IMG/VR virus record: IMGVR_UViG_3300016471_001132
Location: 32,001 to 96,000 of that record
From: a virus
Reading direction: 5' to 3' (one strand)
DNA: 64,000 nt
Shown: one piece after another, positions 57,155 through 64,000 of the stretch
Layout: every line of letters starts with the position of its first letter
How positions within the stretch are numbered: the first letter of the stretch is position 1
Program-made: the position numbers and the translations under genes
The notes under the pieces: generated by a model
What the model saw: the letters and a program-made list of their open reading frames with translations, nothing else
What the model was told of the DNA's origin: nothing
Database searches by the model: none

Positions 57155-57400
57155 TCATCGCAGTTCCTTTTCGTAAGTCATCATCATGCGGGTCAAGGGT
57201 TCCATCTCTTTTATTATCACATCAGGTGATTTTTCGGCCAACTGGTCCAGAGTATAGTCACCGGGATAATGCCGCATCAGACTGTGGGCTCGCTGGCGGA
57301 CTTCGCGTGGCACGCGGGGAGTCTTCTTGGGATCCAATAGATCCAGCAAGAATTGCCGAGTCTGTTGAATAGCGCGATAGCGTTCGTCGGGTAATGTCAT
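57155..57400 (-). CDS. Hypothetical phage protein
   Basis: MTLPDERYRA..TPRVP..LMRHYP; promoter upstream. Confidence 0.75.
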   Translation of the reverse strand: MTLPDERYRAIQQTRQFLLDLLDPKKTPRVPREVRQRAHSLMRHYPGDYTLDQLAEKSPDVIIKEMEPLTRMMMTYEKELR

Positions 57401-57409
57401 TATGCTACT

Positions 57410-57438
57410 ATTATAGCATCGGGCGATTTATTGGTCAA
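57410..57438 (-). promoter_or_regulatory. Sigma70-type promoter
   Basis: TTGACC-17-TATAAT. Confidence 0.8.
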
Positions 57439-57875
57439 TCGGAGGGTTTGCCTTCGATCGCATAGGGCCCTTTGCGCGGTGGCGGAGGTTCTGGACGCGG
57501 ACCTTGGATCACTGGCTGATCCAATCTCTGTGCTTTGATCTCAGATTTGGATTTGCCCTTTTTGGGCAGAGGTTTAGGAGGATTTACAAGATTTTCTAAC
57601 CGACCACTGTTCTCTATCACATTGGCGTTGATCTGCACAGTCAAGGTAGTGAGATCTCGTAGATCGCTGTTGATCTTGGTGAAATTTTCTCCCAAGCTGT
57701 CCAGGCGCTTGTCTTGCTGGTTGATGCGGTCTTCCAAGGATGCTATGCGACCCTTGAAATACTGGTTGTCGCTCTTGCGATTTTCTGCCACAGCATACAA
57801 CACCATGCTGGTGCAGAACAAGGCCACTACGCAAGTGACCAGGATAGGGATCCAGTCAGTTTTAGGCTTGTCCAT
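57435..57875 (-). CDS. Single-TM coiled-coil protein
   Basis: WIPILVTCVVALFCTSMVLYAVA followed by heptads. Confidence 0.65.
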   Translation of the reverse strand: MDKPKTDWIPILVTCVVALFCTSMVLYAVAENRKSDNQYFKGRIASLEDRINQQDKRLDSLGENFTKINSDLRDLTTLTVQINANVIENSGRLENLVNPPKPLPKKGKSKSEIKAQRLDQPVIQGPRPEPPPPRKGPYAIEGKPSD

Positions 57876-58647
57876 CTCGTGGCATTTGGCACACCGGTAT
57901 TGGCAGCATCTTGTGTAGGTTACGGGCTCTGAGTTGTTGATAGCGTTTCAATTTGGCTCGCTGTTGACGATCCATGCTCATGCGTTCGATATTGTCATCC
58001 ATCAAGGTATCAAGATGCATCATGGTCTCCAGTTCGGGGTAAGTCATGCCCAATTGATCTTCATCGGTGCGGCCGTCGGCCCATAGTCCGTCAGTGGGTG
58101 CCGCATCAATGATTTCTGGGAGTATGCCCAGTTCGCGGCCCATGTCCCACACCTCAGTCTTCATGCAGTCGCCAATGGGCGAAATGTCCACGCCACCGTC
58201 GCCATACTTGGTGAAGAATCCCACACCAAAGTCTTCCACACGGTTACCTGTACCTACCACGATGCCGCCTTCATCCTGTGCGATCTGGTACAGGCACATC
58301 ATCCTCAATCGGCTGCGACTGTTGGCCAGACCCAGTTCCGATGCACCATCCCAGATGCGTTCAAACTGCCGGAATGTTGGCGTGAGATCTACCATGCGGT
58401 GTCGCACATTTTCGAAATTTTCCACCAGCCACTGACCTTGTGCCACGCTGAGGCTGTGTGTCTTTTTGCTCTGGTGTATGGGCATGCTCACGGCGATGGT
58501 AGGCAATCCGGTGCGAGCACACAGGGCCGATACCACTGCGGAATCTATTCCACCGCTGATTCCCACCACAAGAGTCTTGATTTTATTTTTAGTGGCGTAA
58601 CTCCGGATCCACTTTGTTATGTGATTGATTCGTTGCTTTGGTGTCAT
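57862..58647 (-). CDS. nadE: NH3-dependent NAD+ synthetase
   Basis: GISGGIDSAV, SRLRM, GTGN, FTKYGDGGVD, PTDGL, TDEDQLG. Confidence 0.93.
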   Translation of the reverse strand: MTPKQRINHITKWIRSYATKNKIKTLVVGISGGIDSAVVSALCARTGLPTIAVSMPIHQSKKTHSLSVAQGQWLVENFENVRHRMVDLTPTFRQFERIWDGASELGLANSRSRLRMMCLYQIAQDEGGIVVGTGNRVEDFGVGFFTKYGDGGVDISPIGDCMKTEVWDMGRELGILPEIIDAAPTDGLWADGRTDEDQLGMTYPELETMMHLDTLMDDNIERMSMDRQQRAKLKRYQQLRARNLHKMLPIPVCQMPRDGQA

Positions 58648-59087
58648 CGTTTCAGTGTGTCCCACATTTTGACTTTGTTTTCGATCTCGGCCAACTTGGC
58701 TCGATACTGATCGCCGATGGCGCGTAGTTCTGCCCACTCGGCTTCCATGCTTTCGTGGGTCTTGAGCAAGCCCAGTCGTTGCTCGATACCGTCTAGGATC
58801 TGCATGAGACTGCGACCGTTGATCTCGATGTCAGCATCTTCGCCTTGGAGCGTGAGTTTACCCGACGGTCTTGTTTCGGTCAATGTGGTATCATCAAGGA
58901 TCCAAGATCCCGATGTACCTGTCGTGGTCCAAGTTGGCCCTGTACCCGACGTGGACCACACTGGCCCATTAATGAAGAGACCGGGATCGACAGTGATAAG
59001 GGGAGGAGTGGGGCCATAGAGAGGGTCATAGCCACCCCCAATCCCACTGACGTTGATGGATACAGAATCGAAATCGTCTTGGCTCAT
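58644..59087 (-). CDS. Hypothetical protein
   Basis: Low-complexity N-terminus, coiled-coil C-terminus. Confidence 0.65.
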   Translation of the reverse strand: MSQDDFDSVSINVSGIGGGYDPLYGPTPPLITVDPGLFINGPVWSTSGTGPTWTTTGTSGSWILDDTTLTETRPSGKLTLQGEDADIEINGRSLMQILDGIEQRLGLLKTHESMEAEWAELRAIGDQYRAKLAEIENKVKMWDTLKR

Positions 59088-59518
59088 CTTGCGGTCACTG
59101 TGACAGACACCCATTGCCCCGGGTCTCGATCCATGTGCTGCCGGAACTCAGTCTCTCCGATGCGATAATGCACCATGAATCCGTCAGAACGCTGTTCAGT
59201 GACCGCTTCGGGTGTGCATCGTTGTACCTGTACTGGTTGACGACCTACTTGATCACCGATCACAGCACCGGCGATGGCCCCCACACCTGCACCCAGGGTC
59301 CGATCACCGCCTTTGGCCACTTGGCTACCGATCACTCCACCGATGATGGCTCCTGTGATAGGGTTGCCAGATTGTGGTGTCTGTGTCTCATTCACGCATA
59401 CTGACCGCGTGACAATGACTTCTCTATATTGAGGCACGACCTTGGTCACTGGAGCAGTTATCACACCGGCCCAGGTCACAGCAGGCAACAACACAGCACC
59501 AATCAAAAACTGTTTCAT
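59084..59518 (-). CDS. Glycine-zipper 2TM exported protein (YcfJ-like)
   Basis: GAIIGGVIG..GAGVGAIAGAVIG. Confidence 0.8.
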   Translation of the reverse strand: MKQFLIGAVLLPAVTWAGVITAPVTKVVPQYREVIVTRSVCVNETQTPQSGNPITGAIIGGVIGSQVAKGGDRTLGAGVGAIAGAVIGDQVGRQPVQVQRCTPEAVTEQRSDGFMVHYRIGETEFRQHMDRDPGQWVSVTVTAR

Positions 59519-60186
59519 TTACGGTCTCCAAAGAGTTGTAGCAGGCTCACAAAGATATTGATAAAGTTGATGTACAGGCTGAGGGCGCCAAACCACTGCC
59601 AACGACCGATGTCCGATTCACTGGCATTCCAGAACATGTCTCTGATGCGATTCATGTCATAGGCTGTCAGTCCCAAGAAGATCAGTATGGCTATTACATT
59701 GATGGTCATCTGCAGGGCAGTGCTTTGCACAAACATGCCTACCACGCTGGCCACGATCAAACCGATCACACCCGCAAACAAGAATGGACCGAATCCACTC
59801 AAGTCTCTTTTGGTGAAGTAGCCATAAAAGGCCAAAGCACCAAACGACACAGTGGTACCGACCAAGGCCAACACTATGCTGGCCGAAGTGTACACGGCAA
59901 AAATAAGACTGAGGCTGATGCCCATGACGGAGGCAAAGGCCCAGAACCAGCCCTTGATCGCACTTTCCGACATCGACTCTCCGCGGAAGCCGATATAGAG
60001 ACTCATCAGCAACGGAGCGAAGATCAAGATCCAACCCACCACGCCCGAAAACAGGACTGGAACCAATCCTAGAACATTTACTAGTGCGGCTGCCACTAGG
60101 GTGGCTAGCACGCCACCAAACATACGACCCAGCACTCCGGCCACTGCTGTGTTAAGACTTTCGGCTGCTGAAACATTAAGATTCAT
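59515..60186 (-). CDS. Bax inhibitor-1/YccA family membrane protein
   Basis: About 7 TM; TKRDLS, AYD, LYINFINIF. Confidence 0.9.
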   Translation of the reverse strand: MNLNVSAAESLNTAVAGVLGRMFGGVLATLVAAALVNVLGLVPVLFSGVVGWILIFAPLLMSLYIGFRGESMSESAIKGWFWAFASVMGISLSLIFAVYTSASIVLALVGTTVSFGALAFYGYFTKRDLSGFGPFLFAGVIGLIVASVVGMFVQSTALQMTINVIAILIFLGLTAYDMNRIRDMFWNASESDIGRWQWFGALSLYINFINIFVSLLQLFGDRK

Positions 60187-60358
60187 CTTTTTTCTCCTCT
60201 TTGGGTTCTTCGCCGGGATAGACCAGCCCTTCCATGATCTTTTGATTGAATTCTTCTTCGCTGAGGGCATGCCATCCACAGCAAAATCCAGTGGGACTGC
60301 GGCCACAGCCGCATGGTACTCCACCGTCACGAAACTGATCAGCTCGTACTTGCATCAC
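60176..60358 (-). CDS. CDGSH-type [2Fe-2S] protein
   Basis: CGCGRSPTGFCCGWH. Confidence 0.75.
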   Translation of the reverse strand: MMQVRADQFRDGGVPCGCGRSPTGFCCGWHALSEEEFNQKIMEGLVYPGEEPKEEKKDES

Positions 60359-60546
60359 TTCTTCTCTGCCATGGCTTCTTTTTCGGCCGTGATCTCTTTG
60401 CGGCGCTCTTTGATGGCTTTGCTCATTTCTTGTAGAGCTTTGCGAGCACGGGCGGCTGCGGCTTTTACGCCTTTGGCTGTGAACTTCTCGTTTTCCGAGA
60501 TGTAGGTTTCAAATGCTGCTTTGATTGCGTCATGGTTTGCGGACAT
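60355..60546 (-). CDS. Histone H1-like/Hc1-type small basic protein
   Basis: KGVKAAAARARKALQEMSKAIKERRKEI. Confidence 0.75.
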   Translation of the reverse strand: MSANHDAIKAAFETYISENEKFTAKGVKAAAARARKALQEMSKAIKERRKEITAEKEAMAEKK

Positions 60547-60778
60547 AGTCGTTTCCTTTGATGATTAGTAATTCGATACCATCGGCTGCTGCCTTTGGTT
60601 GTTGGGTTTCATAATCTTTCGCATCGATGATGCGAAACTTCTGCTTTCCGAACCAGTTTGTGAACTTCATATCTCGTTCCATCTCTGTATCGGTTTCGTC
60701 GGTACCAGCGGCCAACAAGGCTTCGTGCCAACTCATTTCGACCATCTTGTGCCCAGAAGACACATCAGTGATTTTCAT
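60530..60778 (-). CDS. Hypothetical protein
   Basis: 82 aa; promoter upstream. Confidence 0.65.
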   Translation of the reverse strand: MKITDVSSGHKMVEMSWHEALLAAGTDETDTEMERDMKFTNWFGKQKFRIIDAKDYETQQPKAAADGIELLIIKGNDYVRKP

Positions 60779-60784
60779 ATAGTT

Positions 60785-60813
60785 ATTTTATGCTACTTAT
60801 GCAGGTCAGTCAA
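60785..60813 (-). promoter_or_regulatory. Sigma70-type promoter
   Basis: TTGACT-17-TAAAAT. Confidence 0.7.
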
Positions 60814-60818
60814 GGCTT

Positions 60819-61100
60819 TTACCACCACAACATGGCTCTACCAAAGCCAAAAATATTGATTATGGCAAAGTACACGGTGAGTAGCATGATCCAGGCACTG
60901 CCGCGACGGTAGCTGGCATACACTTGGCAAATGGCACCCACAAAAAATCCCGGGTACACCAATCGCATGTCTGGATCATCTGCATGCATAGCAAGGTAAA
61001 GGCTAGCGGCCACAGTAAACAAGAAGCTAACCATCTCAAACACAAAGGCTATGCGATCGGAATGGAAACTGGCACTCCAGAAATCTCTTATCTTTTGCAT
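60819..61100 (-). CDS. Small membrane protein
   Basis: Three hydrophobic helices. Confidence 0.65.
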   Translation of the reverse strand: MQKIRDFWSASFHSDRIAFVFEMVSFLFTVAASLYLAMHADDPDMRLVYPGFFVGAICQVYASYRRGSAWIMLLTVYFAIINIFGFGRAMLWW

Positions 61101-61342
61101 CAGTCAGCGTGTATGTGTCGCTTGTTCCAGCAATCCCAGATGGTGACTTGCTGCCAATCTCCGGACCAATTCATCTGGAAATGGCTTAGTGTACGATGTT
61201 CAAATATCTTCATGCGGTTGGTCTCGATGGTCACTTGCACATTGGCTGTCTTAGCCCAGGCACGCAAGTTTTGTTCCGCGTTGCGTTCTCGTACGATCAC
61301 GATGTAAAGGGGCTCGGCGGCCCGAAAATTGCTGATGGTCAT
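61100..61342 (-). CDS. Hypothetical protein
   Basis: 80 aa; TAATG-coupled. Confidence 0.65.
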   Translation of the reverse strand: MTISNFRAAEPLYIVIVRERNAEQNLRAWAKTANVQVTIETNRMKIFEHRTLSHFQMNWSGDWQQVTIWDCWNKRHIHAD

Positions 61343-61623
61343 TAATGTAAGGTGACACCATCGGGCGTGTGCCGTGGTGATTTCTTTTCCTGTTTGGCAG
61401 TGTGCTGTTTAGTGGTTTTGTCTCTTTGTGCCAGCATGGCACGGAATTCCTCATCCAAGGCAAAGAATTCTTGATCGTGTGTACGAGCTCGCACTTCGGT
61501 GACCCCGACCAGGCGCATGATATGGCCGATGCACACCTGCTGATAGCCTCGGCGATACATGATCTCGCAGATGTCTATGATTAGGTCCTGCACCGCGGCT
61601 TCAAGGTCTTTGTCGTCCAGCAT
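61342..61623 (-). CDS. Hypothetical protein
   Basis: 93 aa; TAAATA upstream. Confidence 0.65.
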   Translation of the reverse strand: MLDDKDLEAAVQDLIIDICEIMYRRGYQQVCIGHIMRLVGVTEVRARTHDQEFFALDEEFRAMLAQRDKTTKQHTAKQEKKSPRHTPDGVTLH

Positions 61624-61656
61624 TTGGTATTTAAGCCAATTGGCACGGCCAACAAA

Positions 61657-61680
61657 AAAGGCTACCCGGAGGTAGCCTTT
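61657..61680 (-). terminator. Rho-independent terminator
   Basis: AAAGGCTACC-CGGA-GGTAGCCTTT perfect stem; T-run on the minus strand. Confidence 0.85.
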
Positions 61681-61734
61681 GACTTGAGAGACTTACAGTC
61701 TGGGCCTACACCCAGCGTCCTGCTCTCTGCGGGT

Positions 61735-62058
61735 TTACGCCTCGACCCGGGCCTTGGCAGCGACCTTGGCGGGCTTGACAGCCACCTTGATCTCGGCCTT
61801 TTTAGCGACCTTGGTCTTCTCGGCCAGTTTATTGGCCACCGCATATCCTGCGTCGCCCTCGGTGATGCCCAGAGTCTGCAGATGCTGCAAGGCCTCGAGT
61901 TTGGTCATCGGACGGGGTAGTTCTACCAAGTTAATGTTGGTGCAACCTGACTTGGTCAGGATCTTGACGCGAGCGACCATGTCGTTGGCGAAACGAGCTT
62001 TGGTCACGCCGTTCTGGGTTGCGGTGCCTGCTACGGTAAAGAGTTTTTCAGTTGCCAT
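61735..62058 (-). CDS. Hypothetical basic protein
   Basis: KLFTVAGTA..KARFAND; Lys/Ala-rich tail. Confidence 0.75.
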   Translation of the reverse strand: MATEKLFTVAGTATQNGVTKARFANDMVARVKILTKSGCTNINLVELPRPMTKLEALQHLQTLGITEGDAGYAVANKLAEKTKVAKKAEIKVAVKPAKVAAKARVEA

Positions 62059-62139
62059 GATGTAGTTGCCTTTCAAATTGCCTAAAGTTGAAGTTAAGAA
62101 CTGCTATTTCGAAATATGCCAATTTCTTAGCATACTCAT

Positions 62140-62168
62140 ATTATAGCAAAAAGGGATTTAATGGTCAA
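62140..62168 (-). promoter_or_regulatory. Sigma70-type promoter
   Basis: TTGACC-17-TATAAT. Confidence 0.8.
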
Positions 62169-62478
62169 CCTCTTTTTGCTGTTTGGATTTGCCCTTTTTA
62201 CCCCCCATGCTTGCAGGGGCTTGGAACCTACCCAAATTCTGTTGGAGTTCCTGTACCTGCTTCCGCGCGGCCCAGGCTTCTTTGTTGTACTCTTCAAATC
62301 GTTCGAAACAGCGTTCAAACCGTCGCTGGTACACCTTTTGGTAAGCCCGCAGTGCCTCTACTGCCTCGTGGATTTCCATGCGACCATTTTCCAAGTCGTC
62401 TAAGATCTCATCGATGTCTTCTACAACATTCCAGCATCGCAGGATGTGCTGTTCAAGATCGAATGCCAGTTCACTCAT
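62158..62478 (-). CDS. Hypothetical protein
   Basis: FDLEQHILRCWNVVEDI. Confidence 0.7.
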   Translation of the reverse strand: MSELAFDLEQHILRCWNVVEDIDEILDDLENGRMEIHEAVEALRAYQKVYQRRFERCFERFEEYNKEAWAARKQVQELQQNLGRFQAPASMGGKKGKSKQQKEVDH

Positions 62479-62603
62479 CGCGCTAACTCCTGAGATTTCT
62501 CTTTAACCACAGTGACACCGCTGTCTAACAAGCGGGCTACCCCAGAGAATCCAATGGTGGCAACCACGATACCCAAAACAAAACCCAAGATAAACTTACT
62601 CAT
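62475..62603 (-). CDS. 42-aa membrane peptide
   Basis: MSKFILGFVLGIVVATIGFSG...; GGAG RBS. Confidence 0.6.
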   Translation of the reverse strand: MSKFILGFVLGIVVATIGFSGVARLLDSGVTVVKEKSQELAR

Positions 62604-62712
62604 TGTTGCTCTCCTTCATCAGTCGTTTTAACAAGTCAGCGATCTCATGCCGTTCATAGATGTTGAGATGATCCTTTTTCAACACAGCCCAGATCAGATA
62701 TTCTATGGTCAT
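62596..62712 (-). CDS. 38-aa hypothetical protein
   Basis: MTIEYLIWAVLKKDHLNIYERHEIADLLKRLMKESNNE; overlap-coupled. Confidence 0.5.
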   Translation of the reverse strand: MTIEYLIWAVLKKDHLNIYERHEIADLLKRLMKESNNE

Positions 62713-63044
62713 ACTATGGCCCGGTCTTGATAAACGAATCTATCGCTGTAGAACCGGAGTCCCAATCTGCGTACGGTATCGGCCATCTGTTGTGGAGCAG
62801 ATTCAAACGCCGATCTGAGATCATCCTTGGTGATGCCTTCCTCGGCCTGCAAGATGTAGATCTCGTAATGCCGTTGTGGATTGGCCTGGGCCCGCATCCT
62901 CCAATGCTGGAGATTGGTCAATTTGTAGGGAGGATTTTGGATGCCTTTGAGCATGGCCCAAGCTCGTTCCTGTTCACACTCAGTGACATCGATCACGGCT
63001 TCGAGTCCATCGCAGTCCCACATCAAGGCAAAGGTATGGCTCAT
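62709..63044 (-). CDS. Hypothetical protein
   Basis: MWDCDGLEAVIDVT..RAQANPQRHYEIY. Confidence 0.7.
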   Translation of the reverse strand: MSHTFALMWDCDGLEAVIDVTECEQERAWAMLKGIQNPPYKLTNLQHWRMRAQANPQRHYEIYILQAEEGITKDDLRSAFESAPQQMADTVRRLGLRFYSDRFVYQDRAIV

Positions 63045-63769
63045 GCCACTCTCACTCGATTGAGTTGCGTGGAGTTTTCGCGATGTGCTTTCACGGTGCC
63101 ACGGATGCGGCACTGGTGGCCGTTTGACAATCTCTCGCGAAAACTGAAGAACACAGCCTGTTTGGAGGGAGTGACTGCGGTGATGAAGTACACACCATAG
63201 TTCTGGCTGTACACAGATTTCACAACGGTGATCTCTAGGTCCACTTTGTCGCCGACGGGAGCCACGGGCTCGTTGCGGATGCCCTCCATGGCTGCCTCTA
63301 GTTGCACAGCCTCTTCGTAACTCTTGATCTGGCTGGGCACCAGGGCCAACTCATAACGGGTGTTCCACTCGTCAAAGTCTTCCAGGGTGACCATGCGCTG
63401 GCAGGCAGTTTCGAATTCGCTCATGGGCGTGCCTTTGAGTGTGCTCATCAGGAGTTTTTTGCCCAGCCAGTCTCGGGCTCGAGCACCCAAGTCACGATCT
63501 TGCTCGGTGATCATGCTGGCATCGTCCAAGGCCTGCTTCATGACATCGCGATTCCTGCGTCGCAGGACGGTTTCGGTCCAGAGACCTTGATCGTCTCGGG
63601 CATACTCATGATCTTTGAGATACTCTCCACCATTGACCCTATAGGCCGTGGCGGCCGCGGCCCAAACGGTATCCGCAGTCCAGGCCACTGGACGCTCGGG
63701 TGCCCGTGGTTTTCGAGAGTTATTCACCTGAGCCGAAATGCTGTATTTGGATCGGTATCTGCTGTACAT
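63041..63769 (-). CDS. Hypothetical protein with C-terminal OB-fold
   Basis: VGDKVDLEITVVKS..FITA..IRGTVKAH..TQLNRV; promoter upstream. Confidence 0.7.
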   Translation of the reverse strand: MYSRYRSKYSISAQVNNSRKPRAPERPVAWTADTVWAAAATAYRVNGGEYLKDHEYARDDQGLWTETVLRRRNRDVMKQALDDASMITEQDRDLGARARDWLGKKLLMSTLKGTPMSEFETACQRMVTLEDFDEWNTRYELALVPSQIKSYEEAVQLEAAMEGIRNEPVAPVGDKVDLEITVVKSVYSQNYGVYFITAVTPSKQAVFFSFRERLSNGHQCRIRGTVKAHRENSTQLNRVRVA

Positions 63770-63799
63770 ATCTGCTCCAATATTTCACTGTATGCCTAA

Positions 63800-63828
63800 A
63801 TTATAGCAAATGGGCAAATATTGGTCAA
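63800..63828 (-). promoter_or_regulatory. Sigma70-type promoter
   Basis: TTGACC-17-TATAAT. Confidence 0.8.
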
Positions 63829-63847
63829 CCTGCTTGAATCGCTGTGG

Positions 63848-64000
63848 TTAGCGACCACTGACCAAATGTTGGAAATATGCATAATGATCTTGCAGGGTCC
63901 AAGCATCTGGATCCACTACACGACCGTCGTAAGTCTCAAACTGGGCATCAAACACCTGCATATATCTCCGGAATGGCCGCCACACATCAGGAGTATGGCT
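63848..64000 (-). CDS. C-terminal part of a hypothetical protein (begins beyond the window)
   Basis: Open frame ...DAQFETYDGRVVDPDAWTLQDHY...GR*. Confidence 0.55.
   Translation of the reverse strand, partial: SHTPDVWRPFRRYMQVFDAQFETYDGRVVDPDAWTLQDHYAYFQHLVSGR

Noticed and set aside
15-63590. Numerous plus-strand and alternative-frame ORFs in the six-frame track (e.g. 1007-1564, 19203-20108, 29462-30379)
   Set aside because: They are antisense shadows of well-supported minus-strand genes, with no motifs or RBS. Only phoH and the 35953 methyltransferase are accepted on the plus strand.
1-64000. tRNA, rRNA, CRISPR array, DGR
   Set aside because: No cloverleaf/T-loop, spaced identical repeats or reverse transcriptase were seen by eye; a tRNAscan/CRT run would be needed for certainty.
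1-64000. Alternative genetic code (stop recoding, as in some jumbo phages)
   Set aside because: Known genes are full length in code 11, and TAA, TAG and TGA all serve as stops at gene junctions.

Overview
This window comes from a large, T4-like tailed dsDNA phage genome (myovirus, probably jumbo-sized). It is densely coded, almost entirely on the minus strand. From left to right it holds: family-B DNA polymerase (cut by the window edge); a ~24 kb block (2.4-26.3 kb) of small and very large modular ORFs; a ClpA/PDF/DnaJ chaperone block; a lysis cassette (M15A endolysin, i- and o-spanin, holin candidate); auxiliary metabolic genes (CysC-like, TctC/Bug, PhoH, radical SAM); clamp loader and GroES; baseplate and tail-fibre genes; and a host-takeover/early region (ErpA/IscA, SOD, IF-1, NadE, BI-1, CDGSH, Hc1-like). 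Two promoter classes are visible: sigma70-type TTGACN-17-TAWAAT and late-type TAAATA. The most striking signal is that at least 14 otherwise unrelated ORFs begin with a shared ~9-aa tag (e.g. MRAQEFITE, MRARDFISE, MRINEILVE) resembling the T4 internal-protein capsid-targeting sequence MKTYQEFIAE. Several tagged ORFs look like polyproteins of unrelated enzymes joined by [LIV]-x-E linkers: kinase+GNAT+ADP-ribosyltransferase, and nucleotidyltransferase+metallopeptidase+ParB+amidoligase. My inference is a head-packaged, protease-processed, injected effector arsenal that is reshuffled through short repeats. All annotations come from motif recognition by eye; no database search was run. No tRNA, rRNA or CRISPR array was seen.
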